From Ignavibacteria bacterium RIFCSPLOWO2_12_FULL_56_21 (GTDB taxonomy: Bacteria; Bacteroidota; Ignavibacteria; UBA10030): a stretch of DNA of 64,000 nt. The stretch covers positions 1,382 to 65,381 of the forward strand of contig MHAK01000134.1 of the NCBI GenBank assembly GCA_001802945.1, in the 5' to 3' direction. Every line of letters begins with the position of its first letter. The first letter of the stretch is position 1. Shown here in pieces: positions 27,053 through 35,924 of the stretch. The position numbers and the translations under genes are program-made. The notes beneath the pieces are model-generated. The model was not told where the DNA came from. It saw only the letters and a list, made by a program, of their open reading frames with translations, and made no database searches.

Positions 27053-30000
27053 GTTCTTTCAACCTCGTCTCGGCTTCGCTCTTGACATCTCCCGCCGGAG
27101 TACGCCCGAGAAGGTCTTTGTAGGTTTCCCGTGCACGACGGAGGTCGCCCGATCCGGCGTACGATCGTCCAAGCCCGAGCATAGAACGGTGGATCCAATC
27201 CTGATACGACGGGTAGACATAACGGACACGAAGGTACGCGGAGGTCGCGAGCTTCCAATTTTTCTGCGCGGCGTACGTCTCACCGACCAGGTACTGCGCC
27301 TCTGCCCCGACCTCATCCGACCGGGACGACGCAACGCTTTCCGCCAATGGCCTGGCGCTTTCCGGCTTCCCTTCGGCGAGATCGAGCCGGACCATGGCGA
27401 CGCGCGATCTGTCGGCGGCGGGACGTCCGGGATACCGGTCCACGACGGACATGAATTGACGCCTCGCGTCGCCCGGATTTCCGTTCGCCATAAAGATCCT
27501 TCCCTTCCGGTACCGTAGCTCCGATTGTGATTCGCCGTCAGTGAAGACTTTTTCACCCCTGGAAACGAGCTCAAATGCTTTATCGGACCTGTCCGCGGCG
27601 AGTGCCAGATCGACGGCCTCAAGAAGAGCAAGTCCGCGATGTGAACCCGGCAGGTCGGCGGACTGTTCAAAGGCCTTTGCCGCCTCATCCGGATTCTTGA
27701 GCTCAACGAGCGACTTTCCAAGCCAGAACGCCGCCTGCCCTTTAAGCGGGGAAGACGAATACGAAGCAACGAAACCCTTGTATTCCAGCGCAGCTTCCGT
27801 GTATTTCTTCTGGTTGTAGTAAAGATCGGCTTTCTTCAGGTGCAACTCCTGCGATGCCTTTGAACCCGGATGCTCGCGTATGTACCTGTCGAAGACTGCA
27901 TATGCCTCTTTCTCCTTGCCCTGGGCTAGAAGGCAATATTGAATGCCCGTCACTGCGTCGGCCATATAACGGCCGTCGGGAAAGCGCGCGAGGACCTCGC
28001 GGTACGATTTTTCAGCAGCCGCATACTGCTCGAGATTATAGTAGCAGTCGCCCATGCTGTAATAGGCACGCGGTGCAGCGTCGCCGGTCGGGAAATTGCG
28101 AATGACCTTCTGAAATTCTTTGATGGCCTCTGTGAAATCTTTACGGTGAAAATTTACCCAACCCATGGCATACTGTGCGTCGTCGGCCAGGGGGGACGAA
28201 GAGAACTGTCGCACGACCTGGCTGAATTGCTTGTAAGCCTCCGTAACATCGTTATCCCGGAACGAACACTGACCTGCCTGATACATGGCGTAATCGTTGG
28301 AGGCGCTGTCCGGATAGAGCCGGATTGCAGCCCTGTACGCCGCCCCGGCTCGCTTGTTATCTTTGAGGGCAAAGAGCGCATCCGCCTGCCGCAGGCGGGC
28401 ATCGTACGCAAGCGGTCCGCGCGGGGCTGTTTGCACCATGCGTTCAAACGCTCCGGCAGCATCTGCATATTTGCCGAGCTTGTAGAGCGACCAGCCGAGG
28501 CCGTATTGGGCATCCGTCCGTTTTTCGTCGCGTTGCGATGCCAGAACCTGGCGATACAATTCAAGCGAACGGTCGTGATCGCCTTTTTTGTATTCCGCCT
28601 CCGCCTGCCAGTACATAGCTTCGTATGCCTTGGGATGCTTTGGATACTCGCGTACAAAGGCGCCAAATCCGATCGCGGCCGTGTCGAAAGATCCGGAGCG
28701 ATACGCCGCCCAGGCCGCCTGAAAATCGGCCGCAACCTTGACCTCATAGCGAACTCCGGGGATGACGGATGCCAGTTCGAACGACTTTCGCGCCTCCGTG
28801 GGACGTCCTTCGCGCAGCAGGCATTCTCCGACCAGACGCAAAGCCTCCGCACGAACATCGCTCGACGTGAACGACGCCACGACCTTTTCGGCTTCTAATC
28901 GCGACTCGACGACCTTTCCCTGATCGAGGAGGATCTCCGCCTTGTCCATATGCGCATTATCTGAGAACTCGCCCTGGGGTGTCGCAGCGGTGACTTGATC
29001 GTAGACCTGCAGGGACTGGTCGCTGAGACCGCGAAGTCTGAGTGCGGTTGCCTGTCTGTAGCGTGCGGCGTGGGCAAGTTTCCCTTTTCCATCGGCAACC
29101 CGCTGGAATGTCGAGGCGGCAGATTCATAGTTCTTGGACTGAAGGAACGTCCAGCCCAGACCGTACAGGGCGTCGTCCTTGAGGGGATGTCGAGGAAGGT
29201 CGTTGAGGAGTTTTTCATAGTCGCGTCGTGCCTGGGGATACTCGCCCAGGCGGTAGTGCGATTCCGCGATCAGAAATTGCGCCTGCCCCTTCTCCAGATC
29301 GCCGGTGATGCTGGTCAGCGATTTGATCAGTACATCTGCGGCCTTCGCGTATTCTTTCGTTCCGTACCAGCATTCCCCTATGCGTACGCGCGCCGCAGAA
29401 ACGAGCGGACTGGCGGAGATCGAATCGATCAGCATAGAATACGCTGCAACAGCATCGGTGTAGCGTTCGTCCGACTGGTACGTCCAGCCGATCGAATACA
29501 ATGCATAGTCGCGGTACGGATTTCCGCTGAAGAACTCGTAGGAGAGCGTATAGTACTTGACTGCGTTGGCGGGCTCTTTCAGGCGGAAATATGCTTCGCC
29601 CAACCAGTATGCTGCTTCTCCCGCGAGAGGGCTCCCGGCAAACTGATCGACAACGGTCTTGAACGGCTGCAGTGCCTCGGAGGGTCGCTCGAGAGCGAGA
29701 TACGATTGCCCAATGCGGAAATATCCATCGTCCGTCAAAGAACCCTTGCCGTATTCGCGAATCAGGGACTGATAGCCGACAATGGCGTCAGCATACAATG
29801 AAAGATGATACGAACACTCCGCCCTGAGAAAGAGAGCGTCTTGGCGGCGAATAGAAGAAGGATATTTCTTGAGATAATTCTCGAACTGTTCGAGTGAGAG
29901 TTGATAGAGCTTATCCTGGAAAAGGCCGTGGGCGAACGCATAATCCTGGTCTTCAGAAGCAGACCGTGTCGTGGGGGGAGATCCGATTTGGGCAAAAAGC

Positions 30001-30125
30001 AGATCCTGAAAACAATTGGCCAAGACAAGGATAATAATCCACGCCTTAAGCGTTGTTAGAAACAACGAGGCCGGTAAACCTTCTCTTTCCATTGGATTCC
30101 CAACCACTTCGGTTCCTCTCCTCAA
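27039..30125 (-). CDS. large TPR-repeat protein (YbgF-like repeats)
   Basis: 1028 aa with an N-terminal hydrophobic anchor. More than 20 TPR-like units with recurring A..A.Y..G.. and Y..A...F..F...YP.S patterns. Confidence 0.85.
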   Translation of the reverse strand: MRRGTEVVGNPMEREGLPASLFLTTLKAWIIILVLANCFQDLLFAQIGSPPTTRSASEDQDYAFAHGLFQDKLYQLSLEQFENYLKKYPSSIRRQDALFLRAECSYHLSLYADAIVGYQSLIREYGKGSLTDDGYFRIGQSYLALERPSEALQPFKTVVDQFAGSPLAGEAAYWLGEAYFRLKEPANAVKYYTLSYEFFSGNPYRDYALYSIGWTYQSDERYTDAVAAYSMLIDSISASPLVSAARVRIGECWYGTKEYAKAADVLIKSLTSITGDLEKGQAQFLIAESHYRLGEYPQARRDYEKLLNDLPRHPLKDDALYGLGWTFLQSKNYESAASTFQRVADGKGKLAHAARYRQATALRLRGLSDQSLQVYDQVTAATPQGEFSDNAHMDKAEILLDQGKVVESRLEAEKVVASFTSSDVRAEALRLVGECLLREGRPTEARKSFELASVIPGVRYEVKVAADFQAAWAAYRSGSFDTAAIGFGAFVREYPKHPKAYEAMYWQAEAEYKKGDHDRSLELYRQVLASQRDEKRTDAQYGLGWSLYKLGKYADAAGAFERMVQTAPRGPLAYDARLRQADALFALKDNKRAGAAYRAAIRLYPDSASNDYAMYQAGQCSFRDNDVTEAYKQFSQVVRQFSSSPLADDAQYAMGWVNFHRKDFTEAIKEFQKVIRNFPTGDAAPRAYYSMGDCYYNLEQYAAAEKSYREVLARFPDGRYMADAVTGIQYCLLAQGKEKEAYAVFDRYIREHPGSKASQELHLKKADLYYNQKKYTEAALEYKGFVASYSSSPLKGQAAFWLGKSLVELKNPDEAAKAFEQSADLPGSHRGLALLEAVDLALAADRSDKAFELVSRGEKVFTDGESQSELRYRKGRIFMANGNPGDARRQFMSVVDRYPGRPAADRSRVAMVRLDLAEGKPESARPLAESVASSRSDEVGAEAQYLVGETYAAQKNWKLATSAYLRVRYVYPSYQDWIHRSMLGLGRSYAGSGDLRRARETYKDLLGRTPAGDVKSEAETRLKELDRS

Positions 30126-30374
30126 TTACAGAAATAAGCACTTCGTGAACAGTCTTTAAAGTCACCTATGAACGGAAACACCCTAATGGCTTAATTTAAG
30201 CCACATGTCAGCAGAAGTCAAGGCCCGAATCCAATCCGCTAAATCTTTCGAAAATCGGCGTTTGTTCATATCTTTGCTTCTTCACAAAGGTATCACGGAG
30301 TTAGGATCATTTCAGCAACATTCATATTCCGATTCTCGTTTCCAAAGAACTCGATTTCGTATACTTGAAACCCT

Positions 30375-30908
30375 GTGAGACGATTCCCTCTCATACTGGC
30401 TCTTGCGTTGTCTCCCTCTCTCCTCATGTCACAAAGTGGGGACAAAGTTAACAGGCTGAATGTCTGGTTCCCCCTTCAGATCATTCCGAGCATGACGCTC
30501 TATTCTTTTCAGACACACTCTGTATTCGGCTTCGAATGGGAAACGACGCCGGTTCTGTACTCGTTTGGCATCAACCGACACGTTTCACCTTGGTACTCGT
30601 TCATCGTCGAACCGACGGCCAGGTTCAGCGGCTCTGTGGAGCTTACCGTTGCTGGACAGGTCTTTACCTCGAAGCCTGGACGATCGTACTTCGGCTCCAC
30701 CGTCCAAGTCATGGGATTCATTCCGGTCTTCGAACTGGGAGAGCAACTGACGTTGAACGTAGGCGCCGGGAAGTTTCGCACGGGCGGTCTGTCGCTGTAT
30801 TACACGGCCGCTGGGGTGTCGAGCGTATTCGGAATGGTCCATCTGAATGTAAAGCATGCGGCAAATCCGGAAACGTGGATGGGAAGTCTCGAAGTCAGAA
30901 TCTTTTGA
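30375..30908 (+). CDS. small secreted or outer-membrane hypothetical protein
   Basis: 177 aa. Signal peptide MRRFPLILALALSPSLLMSQS, beta-rich sequence, C-terminal ..LEVRIF. Confidence 0.5.
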   Translation: MRRFPLILALALSPSLLMSQSGDKVNRLNVWFPLQIIPSMTLYSFQTHSVFGFEWETTPVLYSFGINRHVSPWYSFIVEPTARFSGSVELTVAGQVFTSKPGRSYFGSTVQVMGFIPVFELGEQLTLNVGAGKFRTGGLSLYYTAAGVSSVFGMVHLNVKHAANPETWMGSLEVRIF

Positions 30909-30931
30909 GGACAGCTGAATGATTTGGGATT

Positions 30932-31990
30932 GTGGAATGTCGATCGCAGATGAGCAGTGGTAGAGCTGCGAGCGTTTGGGCGAAGTGCCCGCATGGCGGA
31001 TCTGGTATTCTAAGGACGAGGCAATTGAAAAACCACAGTACACTATTCGCATTGCTCATCGCCCTTCCTATTCTGCTCGGATGCGGTTCGTGGGCTGGAA
31101 GAATGTTTGTGAGGTCTTTGTCACGCCTCAACTCGACGATCGAACCGGCTCCGCGGACGATCACCACTCCTTTGCTGACAGGTCCCGGACTCGCAGTCGC
31201 TTGGTCAGGACACGCCACAGTGTTGTTTCAGATCCACGACAAGGTTTTTGTGACCGATCCGTTCTTCTCTAATGCAGTGGCGATGGTCGTCCGCAGATAC
31301 GTCGCTCCGGGGTTGGATCCAGACAGCCTCACTTCGGTGGACGCCACGCTCATTTCTCACATCCATTTTGATCACTTCAGCTACGGCAGCCTTGACAGGC
31401 TCCCCAAGAATGGCGCTCTCTTTGTGCCGGAAGGCGCCTTACCCTACACTCCAGAGTTCGGATTCGCGTCCCTGCATGAGCTCTCAGCGTGGGAATCCGT
31501 TGAGCACGAAGGTGTGCGAATCACCGCCGTCCCTGTCCAGCATTTCAGCGGCAGGTACGGCATCGACGGCGCATGGATGAGGAACATCGGATATACGGGC
31601 TACATCGTTGAATACGAAGGCATTTGCGTCTTCTACGGCGGAGACACCGGGTATGACCCGGCAACATTTAAGGAGATCGGCCGCAAATATTCCATCGACT
31701 TGGCGATCATTCCCATTGGTCCCGGCTCATCGCGCGAAATCGGGGGGCGCATCCACGTGCACCCGGGGGGCGCAATGACCATTTTTCGCGAACTGCGAGC
31801 CCGGTATCTGCTCCCCATGCATCACAGCACGATGTACTACGGGTCCGACGATGATCCGCGCGCGTCGATCACGACGATACGCCAATTGGCCGCAGAATCG
31901 GGGATATCCGACCGCCTTCTTGATCTCGAGGTCGGCGAGCAGCGTATCGTTTTCCGGGGTCGCCCCCTCCCCGCTGGCGGCCAAGAATAA
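30932..31990 (+). CDS. MBL-fold metallo-hydrolase (probable lipoprotein)
   Basis: HxHxDH motif (LISHIHFDHF) and lipobox-like ILLGCGS. The exact start is uncertain. Confidence 0.8.
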   Translation: MECRSQMSSGRAASVWAKCPHGGSGILRTRQLKNHSTLFALLIALPILLGCGSWAGRMFVRSLSRLNSTIEPAPRTITTPLLTGPGLAVAWSGHATVLFQIHDKVFVTDPFFSNAVAMVVRRYVAPGLDPDSLTSVDATLISHIHFDHFSYGSLDRLPKNGALFVPEGALPYTPEFGFASLHELSAWESVEHEGVRITAVPVQHFSGRYGIDGAWMRNIGYTGYIVEYEGICVFYGGDTGYDPATFKEIGRKYSIDLAIIPIGPGSSREIGGRIHVHPGGAMTIFRELRARYLLPMHHSTMYYGSDDDPRASITTIRQLAAESGISDRLLDLEVGEQRIVFRGRPLPAGGQE

Positions 31991-32031
31991 GCCGCTTGAA
32001 TTCCATGTATCCCGAGATTACCTTCTTCCAG

Positions 32032-32129
32032 CCAGTGGTAAGTCGCCAGTGGTCGGAGGTGAGTCGTCCGTATACCGCCTCCTGACTTCTGACTTCCGGC
32101 ATCTGACAACTGTCTTCTCACGTCTGTCC
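32032..32129. repeat. 14-unit heptanucleotide array in one continuous register
   Basis: ccagtgg taagtcg ccagtgg tcggagg tgagtcg tccgtat accgcct cctgact tctgact tccggca tctgaca actgtct tctcacg tctgtcc. The purine-rich half and the pyrimidine-rich half are partly complementary. Confidence 0.85.
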
Positions 32130-32172
32130 AAACAACACCCCACTCTCACTTCACACACTTAGGGAGCTCCTC

Positions 32173-32736
32173 ATGGTCCCCATCCTCTCACTCTGGCTGC
32201 CGATCGTCGTGTCGGCAGTGTTCGTGTTCCTGGTCAGCTTCGCGCTCCACATGGTCCTGACCTACCATTACACGGATTTCCGGAAGGTCCCGGATGAGAA
32301 TGCATTTGCGGACGCGCTGCGCAAGCTCGGTATTCCACCGGGGGAGTACATGTTCCCGTACGCCGGGTCTCCCAAAGAATCGAGGGCACCGGAATTCCAG
32401 AAAGCCATGGAACAAGGGCTCGGCACGATGTTAACGGTCTGGCCCGGTGGACGCCCCTCCATGGTCAACAGCCTCGTGCAATGGTTCATCTATTGCGTCG
32501 TCGTCGGCGTGTTCGCCGCGTACATCGCCGGCCGCGCACTCGGTCCCGGCGCAGAATATCTCTCAGTGTTCCGTTTCGCCGGCTGCACGGCATTCGCCTG
32601 TTATGCCGTTGCTGGATGGCAGCGGACGATATGGTTCAGAGAGTCGTGGACGACCACGGCCAAGAACTCGTTCGACGGACTCGTCTATGCTGCAGTGACG
32701 GCAGGAACGTTCGGCTGGCTGTGGCCCTCTATGTAG
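32173..32736 (+). CDS. hypothetical integral membrane protein
   Basis: 187 aa with 4 predicted TM helices (LWLPIVVSAVFVFLVSFALHMVL, LVQWFIYCVVVGVFAAYIA, FAGCTAFACYAVAGW, LVYAAVTAGTFGWLW). Confidence 0.6.
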   Translation: MVPILSLWLPIVVSAVFVFLVSFALHMVLTYHYTDFRKVPDENAFADALRKLGIPPGEYMFPYAGSPKESRAPEFQKAMEQGLGTMLTVWPGGRPSMVNSLVQWFIYCVVVGVFAAYIAGRALGPGAEYLSVFRFAGCTAFACYAVAGWQRTIWFRESWTTTAKNSFDGLVYAAVTAGTFGWLWPSM

Positions 32737-32871
32737 ATTTTGGGGAGATGGAGAATTGGAGTGATGGAGAAACATCTGCGAACTCCATCCTCTTGAGTCC
32801 AGGCATGATCAATCTCTGTCGACTGTTTTTAGCATTGCGCCTACTCCACGAGAATTCATGACGCTTATCAT

Positions 32872-33893
32872 GTGACAGAGAGCTTCTATTCTTCGCTATC
32901 TCCCGTCGACAGCTTCGATGCACTCACAGTCGCCGGCAGTTATACACCTACGTCTTTGGCGGAGACGGGGCTCTCCTTTGTATTCCGCTTTCTTCGCTCG
33001 ATGCTGCGCGTAGCGCTCTTGCTGCTACAGCAGCCATGGCGCGCGTCAGCTTTGGACTTCAACTTCGCGCGGCGGTCATTCCCATTCCGTACATCAGAAG
33101 CAACAACCACGACGTTCTCATCTGCCGACACCGGGTCTCGCCGCACTACGACCAATGCGCGCTGTATGGCGGCGGGGAGATGTTCGTCGATCGCGAGCTG
33201 AAATCGGGTCGATTGCCTGAAGAACTGGTCATCCGTGAAGATACCTCGGTAACCGCCGATTTTTCAGGGCTTGAATGTCGCTGGAGCGAGGTCCCGAGTC
33301 CGGAGGAAGAAACGATCGCCGTCATTGTGGACGCTTCCCACAGACCCGAACGGTCGTTGGAGACGTATCGAAACGTGATGGACACGATCACGAACATTTA
33401 CGGGACTGCGGAAGAATCCCGGCCGGTCACGGAGGATCGATTGCGTGTCACGCTTTCCGCTAATGCGCTTCGGCACGAATCCCGCGTCCGAACGTGGGGA
33501 AGTGGAACATGGAGAACGTTCGTCTACAGTCTCCTCCAACGGGTGTTCGTTGTCATTGGTTGGATCCTTTTCCGGCTCAACGTACGGACATCGGAGACGG
33601 ACTGGGGCACATACAAGAGGGATCTCGTCGATAACACCGATTCAAGGAAATTCGACGGCTGTCTGCGACTCGTTCTATCAGGAAATAAGGGAAAGAGGAA
33701 GTCCCTGGAATCCGCCCTGGAAAATCTCGCAAGCTCGGGCAAAATAACCTACGGCATTCACGTTGCCCGATCGGCCATCATGACGTGCCTCATTTCGAAA
33801 CGCCAGCATGAACACGTGCATTTTGTCGATGCGTCGGGAGGAGGTTACGCTGCGGCCGCACTCTCCATGAAGAAGAGATCAATGAAATCGTAA
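32872..33893 (+). pseudogene. DUF3095-like gene, apparently frameshifted or internally deleted near the 5' end
   Basis: The frame from GTG 32872 gives MTESFYSSLSPVDSFDALTVAGSYTP, then junk. The +2 frame is open from 32862 and reads ..YVFGGDGALLCIPLSSLDAARSAL.. but has no start before ATG 33036 (285-aa ORF ending HVHFVDASGGGYAAAAL). The family assignment is from memory and tentative. Confidence 0.4.
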
Positions 33894-34086
33894 TGGTTGA
33901 ATGGCGGGAGGAGAACAGAGCTGGTTAGATGGTTAATTGAAGACCGCGTAAAACTGCAGGTAGGGACGGTGAACAGGGACAGGGAACAGACTGCCAACGG
34001 TCAACTGCCAAAACAGAGACTACGAAGGACCAAAGTTCAATTGCCAACCATGCAGCTCGAAAGAGCGCAGCTATACCTCAGACATT

Positions 34087-34114
34087 CCGCAATCCGCAAT
34101 CCGAAATCCGCAAT
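34087..34114. repeat. heptanucleotide tandem repeat (CCGCAAT x4, one CCGAAAT variant)
   Basis: ccgcaat ccgcaat ccgaaat ccgcaat. The flanking spacer 33969-34020 also contains ~7-nt words (gaacagg gacaggg aacagac tgccaac ggtcaac tgccaaa). Confidence 0.9.
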
Positions 34115-34188
34115 TTTCTGAGCTCTTCCAAGTTACCAGGCTCTCCGCAATCGTCATTCGACAATTGAAAATTGACGATAACCTCCCC

Positions 34189-35385
34189 CTACCTCCTCCT
34201 GAACCTCGACCTCCTTCTCGGTTTCGACGAGAACACCACCTTCGGCGTCATGTCGAGCTTTCCACTCCGGATCTCCGGATGTTCCGTAACGGTGATCGAC
34301 GTGCGAATGATCCGCTCGATCGCCCGCACATCCTTCCCCTGATCGGGCGTCGCAATGGAGACCGCATGTCCTGCCAGGCCCGCTCGTCCCGCGCGTCCGA
34401 TGCGATGGACGTAATTCTCCGGGTCGTCGGGCAGGTCGTAGTTGATCACGACCTCGATCCCTTTCACATCGATCCCTCTCGCCGCAATATCCGTTGCAAC
34501 GAGAATGCGATACCTTCCCGAACGAAAACCCTCCAACGCCTCTTTGCGCTGACTCAGGCTGCGGTCTGCATGGATCTGCGAGGCCGCGTGTCCCATCTTC
34601 CGGAGGTCCTGCGTGATCCTGACCGCACCGCGCTTCGTGCGGCTGAAGAGCAGCACAGAACCCGTGTATTTTCCGAGGAGCTTGTGGAGGAGTGAATTCT
34701 TTGCCTCCCGCGGCACGACAAAGATCTCCTGCGACACATTTTCCGCGGCCGTGCCCGAGGGGGCGATCTCCGTCCGGACGGGGAGTTTCATGTGCGTCGC
34801 CGCGATGCGCACAATGTTGTCCGGCATCGTCGCTGAAAAGAGCATCGTGTGCCGGTCTTTGGGCACCGTGCGAAGGATCTGTTCGATCTGCGGCCCGAAC
34901 CCGATGTCGAGCATCCGGTCCGCTTCGTCGAGGACGAGGATCGCCACGTCGTCGACGCGGACATGCCGCTGTTGCAGCAGGTCGATGAGACGTCCGGGGG
35001 TCGCGATCAACACGCGGGGTTTCTTGCGGAGCGCGGCGAGCTGCGGTACCATCGACTCGCCGCCGATGAGGACGGCGGTGAACATGCCGTACGATTCCGC
35101 GAGCTTTTTGACCACGTCGTTCACTTGCAGCGCAAGTTCGCGCGTCGGGACAAGAATGAGTCCCTTCCCCTTCTTCTGGGCTAGGTGTTGAATAAGAGGG
35201 ATCGCAAAGGCTAGCGTCTTACCCGTGCCCGTCTGCGCTATGCCGATGATGTCCTGCCCTTCAATGCCGATGGGAATGGCCTTACGTTGTATCGGCGTAG
35301 GTTCCTTGAAGCCCAGCTTTTCGAGAAGGTCCAGAATGCCCGGCGCTATGCCGAGGCCGTAAAAAGTGTTGGTGGACTGTTCCAT
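34189..35385 (-). CDS. DEAD-box ATP-dependent RNA helicase
   Basis: 398 aa. Q-motif GFKEPTPIQ, motif I AQTGTGKT, motif II VLDEAD, motif III SAT, motif VI HRIGRAGRAG, and a basic C-terminal tail. Confidence 0.95.
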   Translation of the reverse strand: MEQSTNTFYGLGIAPGILDLLEKLGFKEPTPIQRKAIPIGIEGQDIIGIAQTGTGKTLAFAIPLIQHLAQKKGKGLILVPTRELALQVNDVVKKLAESYGMFTAVLIGGESMVPQLAALRKKPRVLIATPGRLIDLLQQRHVRVDDVAILVLDEADRMLDIGFGPQIEQILRTVPKDRHTMLFSATMPDNIVRIAATHMKLPVRTEIAPSGTAAENVSQEIFVVPREAKNSLLHKLLGKYTGSVLLFSRTKRGAVRITQDLRKMGHAASQIHADRSLSQRKEALEGFRSGRYRILVATDIAARGIDVKGIEVVINYDLPDDPENYVHRIGRAGRAGLAGHAVSIATPDQGKDVRAIERIIRTSITVTEHPEIRSGKLDMTPKVVFSSKPRRRSRFRRR

Positions 35386-35491
35386 ATGGTTGGAATCTAC
35401 TTTCTTGAATGGGGAAAATTATGTGTGTACGAACTCATAAGATTTGGATGGCGCTGTACGGAGGATAAATCCTCCGGCTCCAAACAAACTC

Positions 35492-35512
35492 GAAGCCCTT
35501 CGGGCTTTTTTT
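35492..35512 (+). terminator. orphan intrinsic terminator-like hairpin (plus-strand polarity)
   Basis: aagccc-ttcg-gggctt followed by a T-run through 35512, preceded by a second hairpin ggagga-taaa-tcctcc (35460-35475). No plus-strand gene lies upstream. Confidence 0.5.
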
Positions 35513-35859
35513 AATAACCCACCGGGTTTCGCTTGCCCACGGCCGAGCTTACTCCAAAGCGAGTCCGGGGTGTTTGTGACGAGACCGGCAATTTATTGCC
35601 GGTCGAGTCCTTTCTCTTGAAACATGATATTTCAGCAGCCTGACAGGCAGTCGAGAGTCACAATTTTGTGCAACATTTTCTCTTTGTGTGCTGTGTGTCT
35701 CCTTCGTGCCCTTTGTATCCATCATTTTGCATACAACCAATCTCAAAGACCGCCTCGTGGAACAATTTCAGCCACAAGAATTCTCAAAATGCGCTAAACC
35801 CAATTTTTGTGACTTTTGTGCTTTTTGTGGCAAATCTTTTTGAGATGGTTTCACTCCTT

Positions 35860-35902
35860 CACCAAAAGCACAAAGCCCGACCTGGCTCTTTTCGGTCGGG
35901 CT
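35860..35902 (-). terminator. intrinsic terminator after the carB C-terminal-half gene
   Basis: 9-bp stem agcccgacc (35874-35882) / ggtcgggct (35894-35902). The minus strand follows with ttgtgcttttggtg. Lies 23 nt after the stop. Confidence 0.65.
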
Positions 35903-35924
35903 TGGGATATCGGGGAAAAGGCTG

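Noticed and set aside
30187-30201. Palindrome GGCTTAA-T-TTAAGCC in the divergent promoter region.
   Set aside because: It is a single short AT-rich palindrome in an AT-rich spacer. That is insufficient evidence for an operator.
33897-34121. 74-aa ORF in the repeat-rich spacer, with similar ORFs at 35287-35514 and 20392-20580.
   Set aside because: They are translations of low-complexity word repeats or overlap a real gene start. No RBS and no protein-like composition.
35561-35570. GAGTCCGGGG, resembling the RNase P RNA CR-I (GAAAGUCCGGGC) in a ~345-nt gap.
   Set aside because: The other universally conserved RNase P blocks (GGUGAAA..GGUAAGAGCGCACC, ACAGAA.CCGGCUUA) are absent on both strands.
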